In this document: positions 12,048-20,206 of the stretch, one piece after another
Position numbering within the stretch: the stretch's first letter is position 1
How the letters are laid out: each line of letters opens with the position of its first letter
Origin: an uncultured Gemmatimonadaceae bacterium
GTDB lineage: Bacteria; Gemmatimonadota; Gemmatimonadetes; Gemmatimonadales; Gemmatimonadaceae
Assembly (NCBI GenBank): GCA_963761305.1
Contig: CAVXGK010000002.1
Coordinates: 2,464,001-2,528,000 of the forward strand
Length of the DNA: 64,000 nt
Reading direction: 5' to 3'
Translations under genes and position numbers: made by a program
The notes under the pieces: generated by a model
Told to the model about the DNA's origin: nothing
What the model saw: the letters and a program-made list of their open reading frames with translations, nothing else
Databases searched by the model: none

Positions 12048-12761
12048 ATGTCCGACGTCGTGCCTTCCGGGCCGACCGGCTCCTTTCAGCGACGCGTCAC
12101 CACCGCGTTCACACAGCAGCTCGGACTCAAGGGCATGGCCGTGCTCGTGGCCGTCGTGCTCTGGTTCGTCGTGAACGCGAAGGAGCCGCAGGTCGAGCTG
12201 GTGTCGGTGCGCTTTTCACTGGTGCTCGACAGCTCGCTCGTCCTGCGCGATCCGCTGCCCGAGCTGCGCGCGACCGTCGCCGGCTCGCCGAATGAGCTCA
12301 TCAAGCTGGCGTCCAATCCGCCGTCGGTCCGCCGGCCGGTCGGCGCGAATTCACCGGACACCGTCGTCGTCGACCTGCGCCCGGACGACGTGACGTTGCC
12401 GGAAGGCGTGGACGCCGTCGTGCGCGACGTCCAGCCGCGCAGCGTCACGCTGCGCTTCGAGTCGACGGCGAGCCGCAAGGTGCCGATCGTTTCCGCGCTC
12501 GCTGTCATGACGACCGGCATGTCGGGTCCCGTGGCGACGCGCTTCGATCCGGAAAGCGTTCAGGTGTCGGGACCGAGGCTGCGCGTCGCCCAAGTCAGAT
12601 CCGTTCGGACGATCCGCGCGGTCATCTCCTTTCCCGATTCGCTCCCGCATCTGGTCGACGTCGATACAACGGGGCTCGGCACGCTGCGCCTGAAGCCGTC
12701 GCAAGTGAAGGTGATTCTGGTGACGCAGCCGACACCGCCCCTTCCGACGCCGCACAGGTAA
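12048..12761 (+). CDS. YbbR/CdaR-like membrane-anchored protein
   Basis: LKGMAVLVAVVLWFVV anchor followed by beta-rich repeats (PESVQVSGP, KPSQVKV). Confidence 0.7.
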   Translation: MSDVVPSGPTGSFQRRVTTAFTQQLGLKGMAVLVAVVLWFVVNAKEPQVELVSVRFSLVLDSSLVLRDPLPELRATVAGSPNELIKLASNPPSVRRPVGANSPDTVVVDLRPDDVTLPEGVDAVVRDVQPRSVTLRFESTASRKVPIVSALAVMTTGMSGPVATRFDPESVQVSGPRLRVAQVRSVRTIRAVISFPDSLPHLVDVDTTGLGTLRLKPSQVKVILVTQPTPPLPTPHR

Positions 12762-13813
12762 TGCGAATCCTCGGTATCGAGACGTCGTGCGACGAGACGT
12801 CGGCGGCCGTCCTCGAGGGAACGGGGGCAGGCGACGACACACGCGTGTCCTCGCTCGTCATCCTTTCGCAGGACGTACATCGCGTGTTCGGCGGCGTCGT
12901 CCCGGAGATCGCGTCGCGCGCGCACCTCACCGCGATCGTGCCGGTGGTCGAGCAAGCGCTCGCCGATTCGGGTTCGAACGACGTCGACGCCGTCGCGGTG
13001 ACGAATGCGCCGGGGCTCGTCGGCGCGCTGCTCGTGGGCGTGGCGTTCGGCAAGGCGTTCGCGTTCGCGCGCGGCGTGCCGGTGATCGGCGTGCATCACA
13101 TGGAAGGACATCTTTTCGCGACGGCGCTCGAACAAGCCGACGCGGTGCCGCCCTTCACCGCGCTTCTCGTCTCCGGCGGACACACGCTGCTGATCGACGT
13201 CGAGGCATGGGGCCACTACCGGCTGCTCGGCCGCACGCGCGACGACGCGGCCGGCGAAGCGTTCGACAAAGTTGCCAAGCTCCTCGGGCTTCCGTATCCT
13301 GGTGGACCTCACGTCGAGCGCGTTGCGGCGACCGCGCGGCGCGGCGACGATGGGGAAAAGGCGCCGCGGTTCGCGCGGCCGATGCTGCGACGCGATCAGC
13401 GCCCCGAGGACTCCGAGTACTATGACCTCTCGTTCAGCGGACTCAAAACCGCCGTGCTCAACGCGGTGAAGTCGTCGCCGCCGGACGCCGACCGCGCGCC
13501 GATCGCGCGGGCCTTTCAGGACGCCGTGATCGACACCCTCGTCGAGAAGACCGCTCGCGCCGCGCGCGCGTACGGACGTCGCCGAGTGGTGCTGGGCGGC
13601 GGCGTGGCATGCAACCAGTCGCTCGTGGCGGCCATGCGGGAACGTTTCGCGCGCCACGGGGTCGATGTCTTCGCGCCCACGCCGCGTCTGGCCACCGACA
13701 ACGCCGCGATGATCGCGCGCGCCGGACTGTTCCATCTCGAGCGCGGAGAGCGCTCGGGACTCGACCTCAACGCGTTCGCTGCCTCGCCAATTCCGGGACT
13801 CGTCGCCGCATGA
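12761..13813 (+). CDS. tsaD: tRNA N6-adenosine threonylcarbamoyltransferase
   Basis: ILGIETSCDET, GGVVPEIASRAH, HHMEGH, VSGGHT, DDAAGEAFDK, SFSGLKTA, TDNAAMIA. Confidence 0.98.
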   Translation: MRILGIETSCDETSAAVLEGTGAGDDTRVSSLVILSQDVHRVFGGVVPEIASRAHLTAIVPVVEQALADSGSNDVDAVAVTNAPGLVGALLVGVAFGKAFAFARGVPVIGVHHMEGHLFATALEQADAVPPFTALLVSGGHTLLIDVEAWGHYRLLGRTRDDAAGEAFDKVAKLLGLPYPGGPHVERVAATARRGDDGEKAPRFARPMLRRDQRPEDSEYYDLSFSGLKTAVLNAVKSSPPDADRAPIARAFQDAVIDTLVEKTARAARAYGRRRVVLGGGVACNQSLVAAMRERFARHGVDVFAPTPRLATDNAAMIARAGLFHLERGERSGLDLNAFAASPIPGLVAA

Positions 13814-14703
13814 TGCCCCTCCCCCACGCTCTCCTGCTCGCCGCCGCCACGCCGTTCATCCATCATCCGTTCACGTTCAGCGTGTTCGGATTTTCGTTGA
13901 CCGGCTTCGGCATCGCGGTGCTGCTGGCGTTCCTCATCGCCCAGATCATCTCCGAACGCGAGCTTGCGCGCCGCGGACGAGATCGCGAGGCCGCCGCGGT
14001 GAGCGACGTGCTCTTTGCCGCGCTCCTCGGCACGCTCCTCGGCGCGAAGCTCTACTACGTGCTCATCGTGACGCACGACTGGCACGACCTGCTCGGCCGC
14101 GGCGGATTCGTCTTCTGGGGCGGCTTCATCGGCTCCGTGGTATTGTGCGCGTTGACGATTCGCCACAAGAAGCTGTCGTTCGTCCGCTTCGCCGACGTCG
14201 GCGGCATCGCGATCGCGGCCGGCTACGCCGTCGGACGCACCGGATGCTGGGCCGTCGGCGACGACTACGGCCGCCCCTACACCGGCCCACTCGCGGTCGC
14301 GTTCCCTCAGGGCTCGCCGCCGTCGACCGTGTTCGAGATGGAGCGCGTGTTCGGCGTGAAGTTCCCGCCAGGCACCGATCCGTCGGCCGTCGTCTCGGTG
14401 TATCCGACGCAATTGCTCGAGGTCGCGCTCGGCATGCTGATGTTCGGCATTCTGTGGCGCCTGCGCGATCACAAGCACGCCGAGGGCTGGCTGTTCGGCG
14501 TCTACTGCGTGCTGGCCGGCCTCGAACGATTCATCGTCGAGTTCCTGCGCGCCAAGGACGACCGCTTCTCGTGGGCGTTGGGTTTGAGCATGGCGCAACT
14601 CATCGCGCTCGCGATCGTGCTCGCCGGCGTGCTGATCATGGGCGCGCGAAGCAGAACCGGAGTCGGGCGGCCGGGGATCACCGAGCTACCGGTTGCCGCC
14701 TAA
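13810..14703 (+). CDS. lgt: Prolipoprotein diacylglyceryl transferase
   Basis: Multi-TM; LGAKLYY, GGFVFWGG, GRTGCWAVGDDYG, YPTQLLE, RFIVEFLR. Confidence 0.9.
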   Translation: MMPLPHALLLAAATPFIHHPFTFSVFGFSLTGFGIAVLLAFLIAQIISERELARRGRDREAAAVSDVLFAALLGTLLGAKLYYVLIVTHDWHDLLGRGGFVFWGGFIGSVVLCALTIRHKKLSFVRFADVGGIAIAAGYAVGRTGCWAVGDDYGRPYTGPLAVAFPQGSPPSTVFEMERVFGVKFPPGTDPSAVVSVYPTQLLEVALGMLMFGILWRLRDHKHAEGWLFGVYCVLAGLERFIVEFLRAKDDRFSWALGLSMAQLIALAIVLAGVLIMGARSRTGVGRPGITELPVAA

Positions 14704-14736
14704 TCGGACGCCTGGTTCGAGTTCGATGATTTTGAA

Positions 14737-14836
14737 AACGGATTTCGCGGATTGAACGGACTTACGCGGCAAACCAAGAAAAGATTTTGGTTTTTGCAGT
14801 CTCCGCGAAGTCCGCCTCGTCCGCGAAATCCGCGTT
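14737..14836. repeat. Intergenic imperfect palindrome (CGGATTTCGCGGA family, 9-nt period) between convergent lgt and acpS
   Basis: 14737-14769 aacggatttcgcggattgaacggacttacgcgg vs 14803-14836 ccgcgaagtccgcctcgtccgcgaaatccgcgtt; inner aaaccaa/ttggttt hairpin. Confidence 0.85.
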
Positions 14837-14891
14837 CCCAATTCGTAGTGGCCGACCGCGCGGACGAGTGGTCGAATGGTCCCGCACTTCC

Positions 14892-15272
14892 CTACCGCTC
14901 GAGGATCACCACCGCGACGGCGGTCGCCGCGCTGTGGGTCAGCGACACGTGGACCCGTTCGGCTCCCAGTTGGGAGAGGCGCTCGGCCGCGCGCCTATAG
15001 AAGCGGAGCTCGGGCGATCCGTCGTCGCGGCTCACGACTTCCACGTCGCGCCAGCCGATGCCGCGCGCGAGCTCGTTGCCGGAGAGCGCCTTGTAGGCCG
15101 CCTCTTTCGCCGCGAGGCGAACGGCCATGTGCTGCGCGGGCTGCGGCTTTGTAGCGAGATAGGCGCGCTCCGTTTCGCCGAACAGACGCTCGAGCATCCG
15201 CTCCGGTTTGTCGGCGAACATTCGCTCGGCGCGGGAAATGTCGACGGCGTCGATGCCCACGCCGACGATCAC
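14892..15272 (-). CDS. acpS: Holo-ACP synthase
   Basis: VIVGVGIDAVDI, RLAAKEAAYKAL, WRDVEV, VHVSLTHS. Confidence 0.95.
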   Translation of the reverse strand: MIVGVGIDAVDISRAERMFADKPERMLERLFGETERAYLATKPQPAQHMAVRLAAKEAAYKALSGNELARGIGWRDVEVVSRDDGSPELRFYRRAAERLSQLGAERVHVSLTHSAATAVAVVILER

Positions 15273-16021
15273 GGCGTGCGGCTCGCCGACACGTGGACCG
15301 CGTCGAGCGCGACGTCGAGCGCGATCCACACGCGGTCGGCCGCCTCGAACACGTCGCGCAACGAGAGCGCCCACGCGCGCCACGCGCGAATCTCCTCGGC
15401 GCGCTCGCGCGCTTCGTTCGCCCGTTCGCCGAGCGCGCGGAGCGCCACCTGCAACGGCTCGCTCGAGTCGACCAACTCGGCTTCGAGCGCGCGCCGCGCC
15501 GGCCCGTTCTGGCCGAACCGTTCGATCGCCAGTCGTCGCAGCGCGTCTTCCAGCGCACGCGCCAGCGCGACGCTCTCGAACGCGGCGATCGTCTCGCTCG
15601 GCGACGCGCTCTTCGACGCGGTGCGCCGGGCGTCGACGAGCGGCGCGAAAAAGCGCTGCTGCTCCGCCGCGGCGCTCGAGCGACGTCCGCGCTGCCCGCG
15701 TCGTGAGCCGAACGTGCGCAGCGTGCGCGTGAGCTCGGGGAGCGCGAAGCAGCGCGCCATGATGTCGGCCTGCAGCCGTGCCGCGTCGCGGCTCACGATC
15801 GCGACCTGACGGCCATCGCGCACGGAGACGAGCAGCTCGTTCGCTTCCGTCGCGACGGCGTCGATCGCGGCCAGCGGAATTCGGAGCACGCGCTCGGCGG
15901 CGCTCGCCCGGGCGACGAGCGTGAGCGCGTCGTCGTCGACCGTCGCCGTGCCTTCGCCCAGCTCCGTTCGACCGACTCGCGCCGCGCTGACGGCGATCGT
16001 TCCCCTCGGCGTCTCCGCCAT
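15269..16021 (-). CDS. Hypothetical protein (beta-rich N-terminus, helical C-terminus)
   Basis: ORF from ATG 16021 with TACATT 7 nt upstream; GTGA overlap with acpS. Confidence 0.7.
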   Translation of the reverse strand: MAETPRGTIAVSAARVGRTELGEGTATVDDDALTLVARASAAERVLRIPLAAIDAVATEANELLVSVRDGRQVAIVSRDAARLQADIMARCFALPELTRTLRTFGSRRGQRGRRSSAAAEQQRFFAPLVDARRTASKSASPSETIAAFESVALARALEDALRRLAIERFGQNGPARRALEAELVDSSEPLQVALRALGERANEARERAEEIRAWRAWALSLRDVFEAADRVWIALDVALDAVHVSASRTP

Positions 16022-16052
16022 ATCGGAAAATGTACTCGCGGGCGTCGCCAAT

Positions 16053-16778
16053 TCAGCCACCCGATCCGTTCCACCCGCCGTTCGATCTGACATCCATGAT
16101 GGCCCGCACGACGGCCGCCGTGTCGGCGAGATCGTCGAACGCCTCGTCCGCACCGTGTTCGCGGAGCGCGTCGGCCGTGTAGTACCCGGTGCCGACGCCG
16201 ATGGTGAGCGCGCCGATCGCCCGACCGCAGTCGACGTCCGCCGGAGTGTCTCCGATGACGACGAGGTCGTGCCCGTCGACGCGCACGCCCAGCTCGTCTC
16301 GCGCCCGGCGCTGCGCCACGGCCGGCAGCTCGACTCGCAACTCGTGATCCGAGCCGTACGCCCCGACGCGAAATCGCTGAGGATCGATCCCACCCGCGCG
16401 GAGCTTCGCCGCGGCACCGGCCGCCAGATTTCCCGTCACGAGTCCGAGCACGACATCGGAGCGCGACTCGAGCGTGTCGAGCAGGTCGGCGACGCCGGGC
16501 ATCAATCGCACGTCGGTCGAGGGATGGTCGAGCTCCTCGTGGAGGTAGTCGACGTAGCGGTCGAACAGGCGGGACATGCGCGCGTCGATGTGGTCGTCGG
16601 CGTGTCCTTCCATGCGCATCAGCTCGCGGACGATCTGCGGATCCGTCTTGCCGTCGAAGCGATGTTCGATTCGTCCGGGGGCGCCGAACACTTCGGTGAG
16701 CGCGCGATGCACCGCGCGCTTGCCGGCTCCGCTCGTCAGCAGAATCGTCCCGTCGATGTCGAAGAGAACGAGCTTCAT
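16053..16778 (-). CDS. HAD family hydrolase (phosphoglycolate phosphatase-like)
   Basis: MKLVLFDIDGT, GKTD, LVTGN, VVIGDTPADV. Confidence 0.93.
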   Translation of the reverse strand: MKLVLFDIDGTILLTSGAGKRAVHRALTEVFGAPGRIEHRFDGKTDPQIVRELMRMEGHADDHIDARMSRLFDRYVDYLHEELDHPSTDVRLMPGVADLLDTLESRSDVVLGLVTGNLAAGAAAKLRAGGIDPQRFRVGAYGSDHELRVELPAVAQRRARDELGVRVDGHDLVVIGDTPADVDCGRAIGALTIGVGTGYYTADALREHGADEAFDDLADTAAVVRAIMDVRSNGGWNGSGG

Positions 16779-17713
16779 GTGCGCGTGAGGAGCAGTCCGC
16801 CGAGGATGCACGCGGTGCCGACGCCCTGCGACCACGTGGGCGTCTCGCCGAGCATCCACCACGCCATGAGGACCGCGACGACCGGCTGAAGATTCGAGTA
16901 CATCGCCGTGCGGGTCGGTCCGATGACGCGCACGCCGCGATACCAGAACAGATATGCGATCACCAGCGCGAACAGACCGCTGTAGACGATCGCCAGCCAG
17001 CCGTCGAGCGGGACCTTGGCCCACGGCGTCGCGGCGATGCTCGGCAGCGCGACGAGGAACAGCGGAATCGCGCCGCCAAGCATCGTGAACGCCGACACGT
17101 GCAAACCCGACAGGTGCTCGGTGTACGGCTTGAGCAGCACCGTGTAGAACGCCCAACACAGCGACCCGGCGAGCACGAGAAGGTCGCCCCGCAGCGACGC
17201 GTCGCCGGCCGTGGCGTTGGTCGTTCCGAGGACGACGAATGCGATGCCGCCCACCGACAGCAGAATGCCCATGACGCCGCGCCTGCTCACGCGCTCGACA
17301 CCGAGCATTCGGCCCACGATGGCGATGAACGCCGGCGAGGCCGCGATGACGAGCCCGGCGTCGCTCGCGCGCGTGCGTGCGACACCTTCGATGAAAAACC
17401 ACTGATAGACGCCGTTCCCGAGGACGCCGAGCGCGAGCAGAACGGCGATTTCGCGCGGGGAAGGAAGCCGCGTGCGGCTGCCGGCGGCGATGGTGAGGAG
17501 GAGCAGGCCCGCGAGCATCACGCGCACGCCGTTGTAGGCGAGCGGGTCGATCAGCGTCGTCCCGAATTTGACGATCGAGAAGTTGACGCCCCAGATGATC
17601 GCCACGAGCACGAGCGATGCATCGGTAAGCCAAACACTTCCGCCCGGTCGCGCCGCGTCGGCGCGGCCGGGCAGGATCGATTCTGTCGCGGCGTCGCCGG
17701 CGGTCAAACCCAT
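16775..17713 (-). CDS. DMT/EamA family transporter
   Basis: IWGVNFSIVK, about ten TM segments, GDLLVL, NLQPVVA, LGE. Confidence 0.92.
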   Translation of the reverse strand: MGLTAGDAATESILPGRADAARPGGSVWLTDASLVLVAIIWGVNFSIVKFGTTLIDPLAYNGVRVMLAGLLLLTIAAGSRTRLPSPREIAVLLALGVLGNGVYQWFFIEGVARTRASDAGLVIAASPAFIAIVGRMLGVERVSRRGVMGILLSVGGIAFVVLGTTNATAGDASLRGDLLVLAGSLCWAFYTVLLKPYTEHLSGLHVSAFTMLGGAIPLFLVALPSIAATPWAKVPLDGWLAIVYSGLFALVIAYLFWYRGVRVIGPTRTAMYSNLQPVVAVLMAWWMLGETPTWSQGVGTACILGGLLLTRT

Positions 17714-17759
17714 GCTGAGAAAACTAGGCGTACGGGCTTTGGCCTGTCTATGTTGCTGA

Positions 17760-18179
17760 ATGCGCGTCTCATTTGCTCTTTTCGCCGATGCGGCGAATCT
17801 CTCGCAGGAAGGAAAGCTCAACGTCCTCGGCGTTTTCGACGCGCTGCAGGTGGGGGCGTTGCCCGCCGTTCATCCGCGCGCGAATCTCGTCGTCCACATG
17901 AAGGGAAGCGGCTCGGACGTCGGCGCGCACACGGTTTCGTTCCGTTGGCTGAGCCCGAGCGGTCAGGAGCTCTGGCGCAGCCAGGGTGATCTCAACGTCG
18001 GGCCGCCGCCGCCCGGCGTGATCGAGATGGATCTGCCGCTTATCGCGCAGTTCGACTTGCCGATGGATTCGCCGGGTGGCTACACGATGGCGATCGCCGT
18101 CGACGACGAGCCGACGATCGACGTCGGCGTGCAGGTTCGCTCGGCGACCCCGCTGGCCACGAACGGCCTGGTGAGCTAG
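17760..18179 (+). CDS. Conserved hypothetical beta-sandwich protein (DUF6941-like)
   Basis: FALFADAANLSQEGKLNVLGVFD N-terminus; PGGY near C-terminus; family recognition from memory only. Confidence 0.6.
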   Translation: MRVSFALFADAANLSQEGKLNVLGVFDALQVGALPAVHPRANLVVHMKGSGSDVGAHTVSFRWLSPSGQELWRSQGDLNVGPPPPGVIEMDLPLIAQFDLPMDSPGGYTMAIAVDDEPTIDVGVQVRSATPLATNGLVS

Positions 18180-18970
18180 ACGACGCGTCGCGCGAACAGA
18201 AACCGCTTGCGTAGTTGCGCGACGTACGCGTCGCGCCGGTCGGTGAGCCGCTCGATCGAATAGCCGCCGCGGCCGAGTCCGAGGTGCACCATCCGCTTGT
18301 CGCCGGTGGCGATGCCGACGTGGGTGACGCTCTTGTCGTCGCGGTCGGAAAAAAACAGCAGATCGGCCGCCTCGAGAGATGTCGCGTCGGTTCCCGCGTC
18401 GCCGCCGACCTTCGCTTGCTGCGATGCGTCGCGCGGCAGCTGCTTGCCGTGCAGCGCGAACACGCTCTGGACGAAGCCCGAGCAGTCGGCGCCCCAGGGC
18501 GTCACACCGCCCCACAGGTAGCTCGCTCCGGCGAAGTACGCCTGCGCGCTGGCCACGATCGCGTCCGGCTCGAGCGGAAAACGCGCCGCGCGTCGCGTCG
18601 ACTCTATCACCTCGCCCGACGTGACGGTTTCATCCGGCGCGAGGAAGGCGCGCAATGGCAGCACGCGGCTCGCGCCCGCCGCCGTGCGGGTCGTGCAACC
18701 CAGTGAGATGCGCGTCGTGCGGCGGCTCTGCCGCGCGGTCGTCGCCGGTGCTTTTGAAAGAAAGCCGGCGTGCATCCAGCCCTCGTACTCGTCCGCGCCG
18801 CGAACCCGAACCCACTCGCCGTCTTCGGCGAGTGCGTCCACACGGTGGCCGGCGAGCTGCTGCGAGACCATCGCGCTCGAGATGCGCGGCTCGGCGTGCA
18901 TCGGTGCAACCGGCGCGCGGACGAGCGCCCCGTAAAGAACCGCGTTGCCGCGCGCGGACGACTCAGCCAT
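18176..18970 (-). CDS. SH3 + NlpC/P60 cell-wall peptidase
   Basis: GEWVRVRGADEYEGW (SH3b); YLWGG...GADCSGFVQ, LPRDASQQ, DLLFF, HVGI. Confidence 0.93.
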   Translation of the reverse strand: MAESSARGNAVLYGALVRAPVAPMHAEPRISSAMVSQQLAGHRVDALAEDGEWVRVRGADEYEGWMHAGFLSKAPATTARQSRRTTRISLGCTTRTAAGASRVLPLRAFLAPDETVTSGEVIESTRRAARFPLEPDAIVASAQAYFAGASYLWGGVTPWGADCSGFVQSVFALHGKQLPRDASQQAKVGGDAGTDATSLEAADLLFFSDRDDKSVTHVGIATGDKRMVHLGLGRGGYSIERLTDRRDAYVAQLRKRFLFARRVV

Positions 18971-19958
18971 GCGCGTCGGCGAGACCGGGAATCCCGTCGC
19001 GGCCGCGCGCACAGCGCACCGCGCGCTCGATCGCGTTCTCCAGCGCGGCCACCGCCAGCGACTCGATCACCAGCGGTTCGACCCGCGCCACCTCGTCGGC
19101 CATCGGCGACAGCGCGAACACGATGTCGCCGTCGAACGACGAGCCGCTCGGCGTGATCCGACGGAACAGCGCCGCGCTCGCCGCGCGCGCCAGCTGCGTG
19201 AGCGTGTTCGCCGAGAGCGGCACGTTCGCGGCGACCGCGGCAAGTGTCGTATTGCGCGCGGCAAGATCGTCGAACTTGCTCAGCGAACGAATGTCGCCCG
19301 ACGCGAGCACTCGCGGCGCGTCAGCGAATCCGCCGCTCGGCCGCCGCGCACCGGCGATGATCTCGCCACGTGAATCACGCACGTCGCCGAACGCGTTCAC
19401 CACGACCATGGCGCCGACGGTGAGGTCGTTCGACACGGTCGATTCGATCGAGCAGCCGAATCCGCCCTTCATGCACCACGTCGGCCCGCCGACCTTGCCG
19501 ACCGTCGTGCCCGTGCCCGCGCCGATCGATCCTTCGGCGACATTCTCGCTGCGCGCCGTGTCCGCCGCCGCGTAGGCCATCTCCGGCGTCGGGCGCGCGT
19601 CGAATCGGCCGAGCGGCGCGAGATCGAACACGACGGCGGCGGGAACGATCGGCACGACGCCCGGCCCCACCGGATGACCACGTCCGCGCTCTTCCATCCA
19701 GCGCATCACGCCACTCGCCGCATCGAGGCCGTACGCCGAGCCGCCGGTGAACATGATGGCGTCCACGCGGCCATCGACGTGGTGATCGGCCGACGCCGCG
19801 GCGATCTCGCGACTGCCCGTCGCCCGGCCCACGACACACACGCCCGCGCGAAGCGGACCCTTCGCTCCTCGAATGACCGTGAGTCCCGTCGCTCCCCGTT
19901 CGTCGCTCGCGTGCCCGATGGCGATGCCGAGGCGACCGAAGTCGAGCGTGCTGCTCAC
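18963..19958 (-). CDS. P1/DmpA (S58) family peptidase
   Basis: IGHA, GGSAYGL, VPIVPAAVVFDL, GSIGAGTG, VNAFGD, NTT, DGD. Confidence 0.9.
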   Translation of the reverse strand: MSSTLDFGRLGIAIGHASDERGATGLTVIRGAKGPLRAGVCVVGRATGSREIAAASADHHVDGRVDAIMFTGGSAYGLDAASGVMRWMEERGRGHPVGPGVVPIVPAAVVFDLAPLGRFDARPTPEMAYAAADTARSENVAEGSIGAGTGTTVGKVGGPTWCMKGGFGCSIESTVSNDLTVGAMVVVNAFGDVRDSRGEIIAGARRPSGGFADAPRVLASGDIRSLSKFDDLAARNTTLAAVAANVPLSANTLTQLARAASAALFRRITPSGSSFDGDIVFALSPMADEVARVEPLVIESLAVAALENAIERAVRCARGRDGIPGLADAHG

Positions 19959-20188
19959 CGCACGAGGGGCGGAAGAGGAGGAAGCGTCGGAGGGTGAGGA
20001 GGAGGAGGCGGCGGCTGTGCGGCGGCCTCTTGGAATTTGGCCTCACACGTCTTGCAGCGCCTGACGCCGCGCAAATCGCAGAGCAAGCAGAGGAATGTTC
20101 CGCAGTCGATGCACGGATATCCCTCCGACGCGCGCTCTTCGTTGCCGCAGCCGCGGCAATACATCGCGTCGTGTTCCTGAACGCTCAT
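19955..20188 (-). CDS. Small 8-Cys (four CxxC) putative zinc-binding protein with poly-Pro tail
   Basis: CRGC..CIDC..CLLC..CKTC; TATCTT box 6 nt before ATG; GTGA overlap with the peptidase. Confidence 0.75.
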   Translation of the reverse strand: MSVQEHDAMYCRGCGNEERASEGYPCIDCGTFLCLLCDLRGVRRCKTCEAKFQEAAAQPPPPPPHPPTLPPLPPLVR

Positions 20189-20206
20189 AGGTGAAAGATA
20201 GCGCGT

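Noticed and set aside
12048..12761. c-di-AMP signalling module
   Set aside because: Only a YbbR/CdaR-like gene is present, with no diadenylate cyclase in the window.
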